NCBI GenBank assembly: GCA_965219445.1
Contig: CBDCNQ010000002.1
Span: 256,001-320,000 of the forward strand
Direction: 5' to 3'
DNA length: 64,000 nt
Origin: Longimicrobiales bacterium
GTDB taxonomy: Bacteria; Gemmatimonadota; Gemmatimonadetes; Longimicrobiales; Gaopeijiaceae
The notes under the pieces are model-generated. The model was not told where the DNA came from. It saw nothing but the letters and a program-made list of their open reading frames with translations, and made no database searches. Shown here piece after piece: positions 43,040-54,242 of the stretch (its first letter is position 1; each line of letters opens with the position of its first letter). A program made the position numbers and the translations under genes.

Positions 43040-43754
43040 GCCAGATATACCGGCGCGTGATCCCGCTCCCTCCGCCGTGGAGGCGCGGGAACTAAGTAAG
43101 GTGTTCGTCGGTGGAGACGGCCGTGAACTCGTAGTATTGGCGGGGGTAAGTCTACGCGTTGAATCGGGGGAGACCGTCGCGATCGTGGGGAGTAGTGGGG
43201 CTGGGAAGTCCACGCTTTTACATTTGTTGGGTGGGCTCGATCGCCCTACATCGGGTGGCGTCCTCCTTGGAGGTCGCGAAATATCGGAGGTGGATGGAGA
43301 CACACTCGCACGCATCCGAAACCGCGGTGTGGGGTTCGTCTTCCAGTTCCATCATCTTCTCAGAGAGTTTACGGCGTTGGAGAACGTGATGATGCCTTGC
43401 TTGATCGCCGGATGGCCGCAAGGGGCCTCGGAGCAGAGGGCCCGGGAATTGCTGACGCAGGTTGGCCTCGACGAACGCCTATCCCATCGCCCCGAACAAC
43501 TTTCGGGTGGAGAGCAGCAGCGTGTCGCGGTCGCGCGGGCTCTTGCGGCCGAGCCGCCACTGCTTCTTGCCGATGAGCCCTCGGGCGATCTGGACAGACA
43601 GACGAGTGAGGAACTGCACGACCTCCTGTTTCGCCTTCGGGCGACCCAGGGCCTCGGCATGGTCCTCGTGACGCACAACCAGGAGTTGGCCAGTCGAGCC
43701 GACCGGATCCTCGAGCTGAGGGACGGCCGGCTTCGCGAAGCCGCTCCAGCTTGA
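43032..43754 (+). CDS. lolD: lipoprotein-releasing ABC ATPase
   Basis: GSSGAGKST, GFVFQFHHLL, LSGGEQQR. Confidence 0.9.
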   Translation: MNRPDIPARDPAPSAVEARELSKVFVGGDGRELVVLAGVSLRVESGETVAIVGSSGAGKSTLLHLLGGLDRPTSGGVLLGGREISEVDGDTLARIRNRGVGFVFQFHHLLREFTALENVMMPCLIAGWPQGASEQRARELLTQVGLDERLSHRPEQLSGGEQQRVAVARALAAEPPLLLADEPSGDLDRQTSEELHDLLFRLRATQGLGMVLVTHNQELASRADRILELRDGRLREAAPA

Positions 43755-43760
43755 CGATCG

Positions 43761-44285
43761 ATGAAAGGCAAAGGAGCCAAACAACCCTGCGATCAGTGTG
43801 GCGCCACCGACGCCGTCGTGCATCTCACACAGATCGTGAACAACGAAATGAAGACCTCCCATCTTTGCGAGCAATGCGCGGCCGTGAAGGGTGTCGAGGG
43901 AGGTGAGGAGCCCACCAACTTTCCTCTCACCGGATTCCTGGCCCAACTGACCGACGCACCGGGCTCCCAAGATGCTCCCGAGGCGTTGGGCCCGTGTTCT
44001 TTCTGTGGCCTTACCTTTGAAAACTTTCGTGAGGCGGGCCGGCTGGGTTGTCCGCACTGCTACACAACCTACGAGTCCTATCTGAGAGGACTCCTCCGGC
44101 GCGTGCACGGAAGCACCCAGCACGTGGGCAAGGTCTATCTACCTCCGGATCCAGCGGCATCGGACGTAGATAAGCAGGTAGAGGTTCTCCGCCACAAGCT
44201 CCAGCGTGCAGTGGACTCGGAGGATTTCGAGAGGGCGGCGGGGCTGCGTGACAAGATCCGGGGGCTGGAACCGGCCGGGAGCTGA
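43761..44285 (+). CDS. mcsA: protein-arginine kinase activator McsA
   Basis: Four CxxC motifs, GRLGCPHCY, UVR domain. Confidence 0.93.
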   Translation: MKGKGAKQPCDQCGATDAVVHLTQIVNNEMKTSHLCEQCAAVKGVEGGEEPTNFPLTGFLAQLTDAPGSQDAPEALGPCSFCGLTFENFREAGRLGCPHCYTTYESYLRGLLRRVHGSTQHVGKVYLPPDPAASDVDKQVEVLRHKLQRAVDSEDFERAAGLRDKIRGLEPAGS

Positions 44286-44294
44286 TGACACAAC

Positions 44295-45425
44295 ATGAGT
44301 GACCTCCACACCCTTCCCAACCATGGCCTCGGATGGCTGGACGCCAGTGGAGACCATGCCGACGTCGTACTGTCTACTCGCATTCGACTCGCTCGCAATC
44401 TTCAGGGACACGCGTTCGGACCGCGAGCACGGGTCAACGACCGCGAGGCAGTCCTCGAGCAGACCCGCAGAGCGACAGACAAGGTTGAGCTCCTCGCCGG
44501 ATCGACATTGCTCGAACTACCTGATCTCGATCACCGGAGCCGCGGGATGCTTCTCGAACGGCGACTCGCCTCCCGGGAGTTACTGGGCGATGTGAAGACG
44601 GGTCCCTCGCGAGCCACCGCGGTTCTGCTCGCCGCCCAGGACCCGCTCAGCGTGATGGTGAACGAAGAGGATCACCTCCGCCTCCAGGGCTTGGTATCCG
44701 GGCTCCGCCTCAGAGAAGCGTGGAACCTGGTCGATCGACTGGACGAGGAGCTGGGGCAGGAACTCCCGTTCGCGTACCATCACGAATTCGGCTTTCTGAC
44801 CAGTTGCCCCACCAACGTGGGTAGTGGGCTTCGCGCGTCGGTTCTCGTGCACCTCCCGGGCTTGGTTCTCACCAAGGAAATCGGGAAAGTGCTACAAGGT
44901 CTCGGCCAGGTCGGTCTCACCTTTCGTGGCCTCTATGGCGAAGGCTCCGAGGTGGTGGGGAATTTCTTTCAACTCTCGAACCAGACGACACTCGGAAAGA
45001 GCGAGGAAGAGCTCATCGAACACCTCGAGAAAATCGTCAGGCAGGTGATTCAGTACGAGGATCAAGCCCGGCAAGTGCTCCTTAGGGATGCGGCCCAGGT
45101 CACGGAGGACAAGATCTGGCGCGCATACGGGCTTCTACGGTATGCTAGGTCTCTTCCCTTCGAAGAGTTGATGAATTTATTGTCCGGAATTCGCCTGGGA
45201 GTAGGCCTGAAACTCCTACCGGAGCTCCGGGTATACACGCTCAACAAGCTCATGATTTTCACGCAAACGGCTCATCTTGAACAGGCGGCCGGGCGTGATC
45301 TTCCGCCCTCGGAGTGTGATGCCCACAGGGCGGCGTATGTGACACGGATCTTGTCGAAAGAGGGGCCCGTAGCCCCGGGTGACGCGATCGAAGGCACCGA
45401 TACCCCGGCAGAGGGATTAAATTGA
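44295..45425 (+). CDS. mcsB: protein arginine kinase McsB
   Basis: STRIRLARN, NEEDHLR, LTSCPTNVGSGLRAS. Confidence 0.95.
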   Translation: MSDLHTLPNHGLGWLDASGDHADVVLSTRIRLARNLQGHAFGPRARVNDREAVLEQTRRATDKVELLAGSTLLELPDLDHRSRGMLLERRLASRELLGDVKTGPSRATAVLLAAQDPLSVMVNEEDHLRLQGLVSGLRLREAWNLVDRLDEELGQELPFAYHHEFGFLTSCPTNVGSGLRASVLVHLPGLVLTKEIGKVLQGLGQVGLTFRGLYGEGSEVVGNFFQLSNQTTLGKSEEELIEHLEKIVRQVIQYEDQARQVLLRDAAQVTEDKIWRAYGLLRYARSLPFEELMNLLSGIRLGVGLKLLPELRVYTLNKLMIFTQTAHLEQAAGRDLPPSECDAHRAAYVTRILSKEGPVAPGDAIEGTDTPAEGLN

Positions 45426-45429
45426 TAGC

Positions 45430-47910
45430 ATGAACTACAATTTCACTGACCGGGTCCGAAAAGTGCTGGCGATGGCCAGGGAAGAGGCGATCCGCCTCCA
45501 GCACGACTACGTGGGCACCGAGCACATCCTCCTCGGTCTCATCCGTGAGGGCGAGGGAGTAGCTGCGGCCGTGCTCACGAACCTGAATGTCGATCTCGAC
45601 CAGATTCACGAGCAGGTCGAGGAGTCGGTGAAGAAGGGGAAGGCCACGATTGCGCTCGGTGAGCTCCCTTACACGTCGCGGGCCAAGAAGGTGCTCGAGT
45701 TCGCGATGGCCGAGGCGCGAGAACTCAGTCACTCCTACGTCGGCACGGAGCACCTCCTTCTCGGGTTGTTGAGGGAAGAGAAAGGGATCGCGGCTCAGGT
45801 CCTCAACTCATTGGGTATCGGGATGGAAGAGGCCCGCTCAGAGACCCTCAAGGTGCTCGGGTCCGACGTGGGCCCAGCAGAGCCGGCGGGGATCGGGGGC
45901 GGAACGTTCACGCCGCCGGCGGGGAAGGGGGACAAGAAGTCGAAGACCCCCGCGCTCGACCACTTCTGCCGGGATCTGACCGACCTGGCGCGACAAGGAA
46001 ACCTGGACCCCACGATCGGGCGAAGAACCGAAATCGAACGAGTGGTGGAGATCCTTTGTCGTCGCAAGAAGAACAACCCGGTGCTCATAGGGGAACCCGG
46101 TGTCGGCAAGACCGCCATCGTAGAGGGGTTAGCCCAACTCATCTCCCGCAACGAGGTGACGGACGCCCTGAAGGATCACAGGGTGCTGGCCCTCGACATG
46201 GCGGCGGTGATCGCTGGTACGAAGTACCGTGGCCAGTTCGAAGAACGACTCAAAGCCGTGATGAACGAGATCTCACAGAACCAGGGCGTTGTTCTCTTCA
46301 TCGACGAGCTTCACACGCTTGTGGGAGCCGGTGCAGCGGAGGGCGCCATTGACGCGTCCAACATGCTCAAGCCCTCGCTATCGCGTGGAGAGCTCCAATG
46401 TATCGGCGCGTCGACGCTCAACGAATACCGGAAATACATCGAGAAGGACGGTGCCCTCGAGCGCCGCTTCCAGCCCGTCATCGTAGAGCCCCCGACGGTC
46501 GATGAGACGGTCGAAATTCTGCAGGGTCTGAGGCAGCACTACGAGGACCATCATCGGATCGTGATCCCCGATGATGCACTCCGGCAATCTGCGAAGCTTG
46601 CCGACCGATACATCACTGATCGGTTTCTCCCCGACAAAGCCATCGACGTCATTGATGAGGCGGGTGCGCGGGCACGCATCGCGGCGCAGGTACCGCCTCC
46701 GCAAGTCGAGGAGCTGAAGGAAGAGCTCGCCGAGATCGCCGACCGAAAGGAAGGGGCGATCCGGGACCAGGACTTCGAGCGGGCAGCCGAGCTCCGGGAC
46801 CAGGAGCGCGCGCTTCAAGATCGGATCAAGGCCGAACAAGAGCAGTGGGAGGAGGAGCGCAAGCAGCACCGCCCCGAAATCCAATCCGAAGACGTCGCGT
46901 TCATCGTAGGTCGGTGGACTGGGATCGCGGTGATGAGGCTCCAACAGGCCGAGACCGAGCGCCTGGTCCAGATGGAGGATGAACTCCACAAGCGGGTGGT
47001 TGGCCAGAACGATGCCATCCTAGCCATTTCGAGAGCCATCCGAAGAAGTCGTGCCGGCCTGAAGAACCCCCTGCGTCCCATCGGATCCTTTATTTTTTCC
47101 GGGCCGACGGGGGTGGGAAAGACGGAGCTCGCTCGGGCACTGGCAGAATTTCTCTTCGCCGATAGAGAAGCTCTCGTCCGCGTGGATATGAGTGAATACA
47201 TGGAGAAGTTCTCTGTGTCCCGGCTGATCGGTGCGCCCCCCGGATATGTGGGATATGAGGATTCTGGGGCCCTTACGAAGGCGGTCCGGCGCCGTCCGTA
47301 CTCGGTCGTCCTGCTCGACGAGATCGAAAAAGCGCACCCGGATGTGTTCAACATCCTTCTTCAGGTGCTAGACGAAGGACACCTCACGGACAATTACGGC
47401 AGAGTGATCGATTTCAAGAACACGGTTTTGATCATGACGTCCAATCTCGGAGCCAGAGATATCTCCAAGGGTGGCAGTCTCGGGTTCCACGATGGCGAAC
47501 ACAAGAGCTCGTACGACGTGATGCAGGCCAAGGTACGCGACGAGATCGAGCGGGCGTTCAATCCGGAGTTCCTCAATCGGGTGGACGAGACCATCGTATT
47601 CCATACCCTCGACCGTGACGAGATCGGACAGATCGTTCACATCCTCATGAAGGAGATCGACGAACGGCTGGCGGAGGAAGATCTCACATTGTCGCTCTCC
47701 GAAGCCGCGACGGGCTTCTTGGTGGACAAGGGTTTCGACCAAAAATTCGGGGCTCGCCCCCTGCGCCGCGCCATCCAACGATACCTGGAGGATCCCCTCT
47801 CCGAGAAAATCCTGACCGCCGAGTTTTCCCCGGGAGACGAGATCGTCGTGGATGTCAGTGAAGACGGCGAGGGCCTCACCATGGTGGTGGCATCGCAATC
47901 CAAGACCTGA
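45430..47910 (+). CDS. clpC: ATP-dependent Clp protease ATPase ClpC
   Basis: Two Clp_N repeats, [11 protein letters not shown] linker, GPTGVGKT. Confidence 0.96.
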   Translation: MNYNFTDRVRKVLAMAREEAIRLQHDYVGTEHILLGLIREGEGVAAAVLTNLNVDLDQIHEQVEESVKKGKATIALGELPYTSRAKKVLEFAMAEARELSHSYVGTEHLLLGLLREEKGIAAQVLNSLGIGMEEARSETLKVLGSDVGPAEPAGIGGGTFTPPAGKGDKKSKTPALDHFCRDLTDLARQGNLDPTIGRRTEIERVVEILCRRKKNNPVLIGEPGVGKTAIVEGLAQLISRNEVTDALKDHRVLALDMAAVIAGTKYRGQFEERLKAVMNEISQNQGVVLFIDELHTLVGAGAAEGAIDASNMLKPSLSRGELQCIGASTLNEYRKYIEKDGALERRFQPVIVEPPTVDETVEILQGLRQHYEDHHRIVIPDDALRQSAKLADRYITDRFLPDKAIDVIDEAGARARIAAQVPPPQVEELKEELAEIADRKEGAIRDQDFERAAELRDQERALQDRIKAEQEQWEEERKQHRPEIQSEDVAFIVGRWTGIAVMRLQQAETERLVQMEDELHKRVVGQNDAILAISRAIRRSRAGLKNPLRPIGSFIFSGPTGVGKTELARALAEFLFADREALVRVDMSEYMEKFSVSRLIGAPPGYVGYEDSGALTKAVRRRPYSVVLLDEIEKAHPDVFNILLQVLDEGHLTDNYGRVIDFKNTVLIMTSNLGARDISKGGSLGFHDGEHKSSYDVMQAKVRDEIERAFNPEFLNRVDETIVFHTLDRDEIGQIVHILMKEIDERLAEEDLTLSLSEAATGFLVDKGFDQKFGARPLRRAIQRYLEDPLSEKILTAEFSPGDEIVVDVSEDGEGLTMVVASQSKT

Positions 47911-47927
47911 GCGGCGGTACCCCAATC

Positions 47928-50357
47928 GTGCATCAGTCATTGCGTTCGAATCCAGCACGCCGCATTCCGATTGGGCTCCTCGTATTGTTGGCCATGCCTT
48001 TTTCGGCCACCCAGGCGCACGCCCAGCAACCGAGCGGGCCGCTCGAGCCCGTCGTGATCGACTCGGTGGACGTGGAAGGAAACGTCCGCCAGACCGACCT
48101 CTCGATCCTTGCCATGGGCGGCCTCAACCGAGGCTCCGCCTACACGATCTTCGATATCCAGCGTGGGACCAAGGCGATGTGGGCCACCGGCCAGTTCAAG
48201 GACATTCGGGTTCGCGTGGAGGGTGATATCGGTGATCGGGTGACTTTGGTCTGGGAGGTTGACGAACAGGACCTTATGAGAAACGTCACCATCACCGGGT
48301 TGACGAGCGTGGATCAGGGTGAGGTCGGCGACACGACAGGCCTTTTGCAGGGATTCCCGTATTCACCGGGCGCCGTGATCGAAGCAAAGGCGTTCATCCG
48401 AAGCCAGTTGGCCGCGGAGGGGATCCCCTTCGCGAACATCGAAGAGCGTATCGAGCGCGTCCCGAGTCGCAGCAAGGAGATCATCCTTTTCCTCGACGTC
48501 GAGGAGGGGACGCGAGTCACGGTCGCGGACGTCACGTTCACTGGAAATACGATTTTCACCGACAGCGAACTGCATGGAGCCATGTCCGTCCAGCCCGAGG
48601 GGTTCTGGTGGTGGCGGTCGGGTTCGTACGATCGAGAGAGATTCGACGAGGATCTACGAGTCGGTCTTCCGGATTTCTACGCCGCCAGCGGCTATCTCGA
48701 TTTCAATGTGCTGGGAGACTCTTTGGTCATCGATCCCGTAACCGGCAAGACACGGCTGGAGATTTCGGTCGACGAGGGCCAGCAATACCTTCTCAGAGAA
48801 TTCACCATCGAGGGCAACGCCGAATTCTCGACTGACGAGCTCCAGAGGATCTTCGAGCCCGAACGCAGCGGACTCTTGGGGGGGTCAGATTCGGGCGATG
48901 CAGGACTCCCCGTTTTTGACAATGCCAGCTTCCAGGACGCCACAGCCGACGTAGGCCAACTGTACCAGAATGAGGGATTCCTTTACGCTCGGGTCGTCCC
49001 CTTTGTAAGGCAGAATCCAGCCGAGGAGGGCGAGCGACCCACGGTGGATGCCGGGTGGGAAATCGAGGAGGGGCCGCAGGCGTATATCAGCCGGGTCAAC
49101 ATCGAAGGAAACGAGTACACGTATGAAAGGGTGATCCGCGACAAGATCTTCGTCCTTCCGGGGGACGTGTATTCGCAAGAGCGGATCATCCAAAGTTTCC
49201 AAAGCATCTCGTCACTGGGCTTCTTCGAAGTACCGATGGAGGTACCCTCCATTGTTCCCAACGAGGACGGGGATGTGGATGTCACGTTCACCGTGACGGA
49301 AAAGCCGACCGGGGCCGTCAACTTCGGCACCTCCGTGGGGGGCGGTACCGGTGGCCTTGCCGGCTTCATCGGGTATGATCAGCCCAATTTATTCGGGAGG
49401 GGCAAGTCTGGGTCCTTGAGGTGGGACTTCGGTGAGTACCAAAACAACCAGACCGTCACCTACTCGGACCCGGGCGTCTTCGGGTCTCTCGTCAGCGCGA
49501 ATATCAGCCTGTTCAATGCCCGGGACCGATTCATCTCGTTCCGCTCCGGCAGAAGACGTCGCGCGGGCGGCGAGTTCCGTTTAGGCTTCTTGCTACCCGG
49601 AGCACGGTTTACGCGATTCTTCGCGGGGTACGGACTGTCTCACACCAAGCTTTCGCTTCAAACCGGCAGCACCGATACGTCGCTGTTCGGAATTGCGCCG
49701 GGCACACAGAGCACCGCTTCGTTCGGGATTACACGGTCGACTCTGAATCACCCGCTATTTCCCACGGTCGGTTCGCGCCAGTCGGTCAACGTCGCGTTCA
49801 CCGGGGGTCCCCTCGGGGGTAATGGGAAATTCGTCAAATACACCGCCGATGGGAGCTGGTGGCTCCCGATTGGGTCAATGGGTGGAGATGAGAACGCGGC
49901 GGGCTCGGGAACCATCTTCGCGCTTGGCATGACCATGCGGCTGGGCTCCGTCCAAGGGAACCATGAACGATTCCCGTTCGAGCAATTTTGGATGGGTGGC
50001 GTCCAATTCGGACAACAGCTCCGCGGATATGACGAAACCACGGTCACCCCCTTCGGATTCTTCCCCGACCAGTCCACGGCGATCAGGGACATCGCTCGGC
50101 TCGGCAGCGCGTTCTTCTCCATGACGAGTGAGCTCGCCATGCGGCTCGGTAGCCAGATGTCTCTCTCTATCTTCATGGATGCCGGTAACGTGTGGCGGAG
50201 CACCGGCGAGATCGATCCGACCCAACTCTTCAGAGGGGCCGGTATCGGTGTCCAATTGGTCACCCCGTTCGGGCCCATCGGGCTGGACTACGCCTACGGA
50301 TTCGATAAAACGATACCGGGCTGGCAACTACACTTCCGCCTCGGACCCGGCGCGTAA
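47928..50357 (+). CDS. bamA: outer membrane protein assembly factor BamA
   Basis: POTRA repeats, LRGY, TPFGPIGLDYAYG. Confidence 0.93.
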   Translation: MHQSLRSNPARRIPIGLLVLLAMPFSATQAHAQQPSGPLEPVVIDSVDVEGNVRQTDLSILAMGGLNRGSAYTIFDIQRGTKAMWATGQFKDIRVRVEGDIGDRVTLVWEVDEQDLMRNVTITGLTSVDQGEVGDTTGLLQGFPYSPGAVIEAKAFIRSQLAAEGIPFANIEERIERVPSRSKEIILFLDVEEGTRVTVADVTFTGNTIFTDSELHGAMSVQPEGFWWWRSGSYDRERFDEDLRVGLPDFYAASGYLDFNVLGDSLVIDPVTGKTRLEISVDEGQQYLLREFTIEGNAEFSTDELQRIFEPERSGLLGGSDSGDAGLPVFDNASFQDATADVGQLYQNEGFLYARVVPFVRQNPAEEGERPTVDAGWEIEEGPQAYISRVNIEGNEYTYERVIRDKIFVLPGDVYSQERIIQSFQSISSLGFFEVPMEVPSIVPNEDGDVDVTFTVTEKPTGAVNFGTSVGGGTGGLAGFIGYDQPNLFGRGKSGSLRWDFGEYQNNQTVTYSDPGVFGSLVSANISLFNARDRFISFRSGRRRRAGGEFRLGFLLPGARFTRFFAGYGLSHTKLSLQTGSTDTSLFGIAPGTQSTASFGITRSTLNHPLFPTVGSRQSVNVAFTGGPLGGNGKFVKYTADGSWWLPIGSMGGDENAAGSGTIFALGMTMRLGSVQGNHERFPFEQFWMGGVQFGQQLRGYDETTVTPFGFFPDQSTAIRDIARLGSAFFSMTSELAMRLGSQMSLSIFMDAGNVWRSTGEIDPTQLFRGAGIGVQLVTPFGPIGLDYAYGFDKTIPGWQLHFRLGPGA

Positions 50358-50366
50358 ATTGGAGCT

Positions 50367-50900
50367 ATGGACACTATGCAACGCCTAATTTTGATTCCCG
50401 GTTTCCTGGCCGTCCTCGCTTCCACGGCGGTCCATACGGCGGCTCAGAGTCCACTGAAGATCGGCTACATCAACTCGCAAGTGATCATCGCACAAGACCC
50501 TGCGGCCACGGCCGCTCAGGAGCAGTTTCAGCGCGAGATGGTGCCCTTCGAAAGTGAACTTCAAGCCCTCGAGGCAGAGATCGCGGACCTTCTCAGTCAA
50601 TATCAGGCTCAGCAGATCACGCTCACCGCCAACGCTCGCAGGACGCGCCAGGATGCAATCGTCCAAAAGCAGGAAGCCTATCAAGAGCGCATGGCTCAGA
50701 TCGAGGCAGAGGCTGCCCGCCGCCAGCAGGAGTTGGTGCAGCCCATCATGGAACGGATCAACAGCATCATCCAGGAAATCCGTAGTGCGGGCTCCTATAC
50801 TTTCATTTTCGATGTTGCGGGCGGCGGCTTGATCGCAGCGGACGAATCGTTCGACCTCACTCTTGAGGTCATGGAGAGGCTGGCGGCGGGAGCGCAATAG
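50367..50900 (+). CDS. skp: OmpH/Skp chaperone
   Basis: KIGYINSQ, coiled coil, YTFIFD...DLT. Confidence 0.9.
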   Translation: MDTMQRLILIPGFLAVLASTAVHTAAQSPLKIGYINSQVIIAQDPAATAAQEQFQREMVPFESELQALEAEIADLLSQYQAQQITLTANARRTRQDAIVQKQEAYQERMAQIEAEAARRQQELVQPIMERINSIIQEIRSAGSYTFIFDVAGGGLIAADESFDLTLEVMERLAAGAQ

Positions 50901-51983
50901 ATGTTCCCTGAGCCCGCCCGGCTCACCCTTGCCGAGCTGGCAGCGATGGTAGGAGGACGGGCCGCAGGCGACCTCGATATGCCGATTACCGGGGTCACGT
51001 CGCTCACGCAGGCAGGTCCCTCCGATCTCGGGCTTCTGGTGGACTCCCGTTATTCTCACAGCGCGGGCGAAAGCGCCGCCGGGGCCATCCTCGTCTCCTC
51101 CAGATTGGAGGGTACCTTGGACACGGCTCAAAGCCGGGTGGTGGTAGAGGACCCTCGCCAGGCGCTACCGACCATCCTCGAGCACTTCTATTCAGAGCCC
51201 AGCCCTCGGCCAGGACTCCACGAGACCGCGGTCGTCGCCGAGGACGTGCATTTCGGTGAAGGCGTGTCGGTGGGACCGTACGTGGTGATCGAAGAGAACG
51301 TCGTGATCGGGGAGGGGACGACCCTACATGCCCATGTGGTCGTCCGCAATGGAGCACGACTGGGCGGGCACGTGACTCTTCACCCACACGTCGTAGTCTA
51401 TCCACGTGTACAGCTGGGCGATCGGGTCGTTTTACACGCCGGAGTGTGCGTGGGCGTGGACGGCTTCGGGTACACGCGCTCGGGGGAAGGACTGGAGCAA
51501 ATCCCGCACGTCGGAGAATGCATCATCGGCGACGACGTGGAGATCGGTGCGAACAGTTGTGTGGACCGCGGCTCTATCGGGCGCACGGAGCTGGGGGCAC
51601 ACGTGAAGCTGGACAACCTGGTCCACATCGCGCACAACGTCACGGTGGGTCCCCGAACGGTCATGGCGGCGCAGGTAGCGATCGCCGGATCTACTCGGGT
51701 CGGAGCCGACACGATGTGGGGCGGACAGTCAGGCGCGATGGATCATATCTCCGTCGGTGACGGGGCCCATATAGCGGGGCAAACGGGCCTGACCGAAGAC
51801 GTAGCGGCGGGGAGTACGATGGGGGGCTTGCCGGCTCGACCCCTCAAAGATTTCCTCAAGGCGCAAGCTCTTCTTTTCCGTCTCGACTCACTTCGCCGTC
51901 GCGTCCGCGTTCTGGAGCGTCTTCTCGCTTCCGGCGAGGACAGGAGTGCTTCTAACGAAGACGAAGGCCGCGATGATCCCTGA
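50901..51983 (+). CDS. lpxD: UDP-3-O-acylglucosamine N-acyltransferase
   Basis: Hexapeptide repeats, [17 protein letters not shown]. Confidence 0.95.
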   Translation: MFPEPARLTLAELAAMVGGRAAGDLDMPITGVTSLTQAGPSDLGLLVDSRYSHSAGESAAGAILVSSRLEGTLDTAQSRVVVEDPRQALPTILEHFYSEPSPRPGLHETAVVAEDVHFGEGVSVGPYVVIEENVVIGEGTTLHAHVVVRNGARLGGHVTLHPHVVVYPRVQLGDRVVLHAGVCVGVDGFGYTRSGEGLEQIPHVGECIIGDDVEIGANSCVDRGSIGRTELGAHVKLDNLVHIAHNVTVGPRTVMAAQVAIAGSTRVGADTMWGGQSGAMDHISVGDGAHIAGQTGLTEDVAAGSTMGGLPARPLKDFLKAQALLFRLDSLRRRVRVLERLLASGEDRSASNEDEGRDDP

Positions 51984-53262
51984 GCAGCCTCAGCAACAAA
52001 CCCTTGCCGGTGAGTATACGCTCGAGGGCGTGGGCGTACATTCTGGAGAGAACACATCCCTGACCATGGGACCCGCCGCAGCGGGTGGTGTGCGCTTCCG
52101 GCGCGTAGATCTCAGAGGGTCACCCGAAATCCCGGCTGACCTCGATCACGTGGTAGCATGCGAAATGGGGACGAGTCTGGGCGCGGGTGAGGCGAAGGTC
52201 CAGACGGTCGAGCACATCATGGCCGCCCTTTACGCATCGGGGGTCGATCATGCGGTCATTGCGTTGCGAGGACCGGAGGCGCCGATCCTGGACGGCAGCT
52301 TCCAACGCTACCTGGCCGCCGTCTCGGACGTGGGCACGGTGGAGTTGGAGGCACCCGCCGAGGTAATCTCCGTTCAGGGGCGGCTGACGGTGACCACTCC
52401 GGCTGGCTCATCCTACGAGGTGACGCCGGCGGATGCTCTCCGTGTGTCCGCCACCATTGATTTCGAGCACCAGTCGATCGGGCGCCAACATAGTACCTTC
52501 GCCATGAGCGAGGAGGCGTTCCGCCGTGAAATCGCCCCTGCGCGCACGTTCGGGTTCCGTCATGATGCCGAAGCCTTGAGGGCCCGAGGGCTCGCTCAGG
52601 GGACGTCCCTCGAAAACACCATCGTTCTCGACGCCGAGGGAATAATGAACGAGGGCCTTCGGTTCGACGACGAATTCGTAAGACATAAGATCGGAGATCT
52701 TATCGGGGATCTGGCCTTGATCGGTCGACGTGTACGGGGGCATATCGTCTCCCAGTGCCCAAGCCATGAAGGGAACATCAAACTTGCGAGGACTCTCTTG
52801 AAGCACGCCCAAACAGCTTCGCACGACCTTCCGATGGAGGTGGACCGGATCATGGAGTACCTTCCGCACCGGTATCCATTCCTCCTGGTGGATCGGGTCT
52901 TGGAGTTCGAACCCGAGAAGAGGATCGTGGGCCTCAAGAACGTCACGATCAGCGAACCGTACTTTCAGGGGCACTTTCCAGGTCACCCCGTCATGCCAGG
53001 GGTCCTCATCATCGAGGCCATGGCTCAGGCGGGTGGGCTTCTCCTGATGGACTCGGTGTCCGAGCGCGAAGACAAGGTCGTGTATTTCATGTCGCTGGAT
53101 AACGTCAAGTGGCGGAAGCCGGTCATTCCGGGGGATCAGCTCGTCTTCGAGGTCGAAATGGTCCAGTTCCGCCGGAACGTGTGCAAGCTTCGCGGCGTAG
53201 CGAAGGTGGAGGAGGAGGTGGTCGCTGAGGCGGACATGATGGCGGGAATCGTCGATCGATGA
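51973..53262 (+). CDS. lpxC: bifunctional LpxC/FabZ
   Basis: [21 protein letters not shown], then [11 protein letters not shown] and [14 protein letters not shown]. Confidence 0.95.
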   Translation: MIPEQPQQQTLAGEYTLEGVGVHSGENTSLTMGPAAAGGVRFRRVDLRGSPEIPADLDHVVACEMGTSLGAGEAKVQTVEHIMAALYASGVDHAVIALRGPEAPILDGSFQRYLAAVSDVGTVELEAPAEVISVQGRLTVTTPAGSSYEVTPADALRVSATIDFEHQSIGRQHSTFAMSEEAFRREIAPARTFGFRHDAEALRARGLAQGTSLENTIVLDAEGIMNEGLRFDDEFVRHKIGDLIGDLALIGRRVRGHIVSQCPSHEGNIKLARTLLKHAQTASHDLPMEVDRIMEYLPHRYPFLLVDRVLEFEPEKRIVGLKNVTISEPYFQGHFPGHPVMPGVLIIEAMAQAGGLLLMDSVSEREDKVVYFMSLDNVKWRKPVIPGDQLVFEVEMVQFRRNVCKLRGVAKVEEEVVAEADMMAGIVDR

Positions 53263-54068
53263 ACACCAGCCCTTGGAGTACGGGCGGGACAGTCGAGTCC
53301 CTCGTCCATCCGACCGCCATCATCGATCCCGACGCGAATGTGGCGCCGGGCGTGATCGTTGGACCGTATTCGATCATTGGACCAGGCGTTGTGGTCGGAC
53401 GGGGCACGGTGCTCGGGCCACACGTGCTGTTGGAGTGCGATACCACGCTTGGGGAGCAGTGCCAGATCGCCAAAGGTGCAGTGATCGGTAGTGATCCACA
53501 GGATCTCAAGTACGAGGGGGAGCCCTCCCAGCTGTTTGTGGGCGACCGCACCGTAGTGCGTGAGTATGCCACGCTCAACCGTGGCACACGGGCCTCGGGG
53601 AAGACCGTGGTGGGAAGTGACAGTCTGATCATGGCGTACGCTCACGTGGCTCACGACTGCGAAATCGGCAACCACGTCGTCCTCTCGAATGCGGTGAACA
53701 TGGGTGGTCATGTGGTGATCGAGGACTGGGCGATCGTCGGCGGTCTCACCGCGATCCATCAGTTCGTTCGTATCGGGGCGCATTCGTTCTGTGGGGGCGG
53801 ATCCAGGGTGCCGCAAGACATACCGCCTTACCTCAAGGTGGCCGGAAATCCGGTCAAACCCTACGGGCTCAACAGCGTCGGATTGGAGAGGAGGGGCGTC
53901 TCCGAGGATGTGAGACGAGCCTTGAAGCAAACTTACCAAGTTATTTTCCAGTCTAAACTTACACTAACTAAGTCCCTGGATATTGCTGAGCGCGAGGTGG
54001 AGCAGATCCCGGAGGTCCGGCATCTATTGTCGTTCATTCGCTCCAGCAAGCGCGGCGTCACGACCTGA
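53259..54068 (+). CDS. lpxA: UDP-N-acetylglucosamine acyltransferase
   Basis: PQDLKY, HVAHDC, HQFVRIG. Confidence 0.96.
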   Translation: MNTSPWSTGGTVESLVHPTAIIDPDANVAPGVIVGPYSIIGPGVVVGRGTVLGPHVLLECDTTLGEQCQIAKGAVIGSDPQDLKYEGEPSQLFVGDRTVVREYATLNRGTRASGKTVVGSDSLIMAYAHVAHDCEIGNHVVLSNAVNMGGHVVIEDWAIVGGLTAIHQFVRIGAHSFCGGGSRVPQDIPPYLKVAGNPVKPYGLNSVGLERRGVSEDVRRALKQTYQVIFQSKLTLTKSLDIAEREVEQIPEVRHLLSFIRSSKRGVTT

Positions 54069-54107
54069 GCGGTCGCGGTGGGACGCGCCACTGCGAAAGG
54101 GAATACT

Positions 54108-54242
54108 ATGTCGCTGATACGCATCCGCCGGGATCGGAAAAAGAACTGGATCGACAGGAAGGCGGGCTGGTCTCCGCGCGGACTCACGATCCTTCTTATC
54201 GTGCTTCTCGCCGTGATTTGGTATCTGGGTTACCGATTCTGA
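54108..54242 (+). CDS. small single-pass membrane protein (44 aa), not in the ORF track
   Basis: SD-like AAAGGGA; MSLIRIRRDRKKNWIDRKAGWSPRGLTILLIVLLAVIWYLGYRF. Confidence 0.65.
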   Translation: MSLIRIRRDRKKNWIDRKAGWSPRGLTILLIVLLAVIWYLGYRF

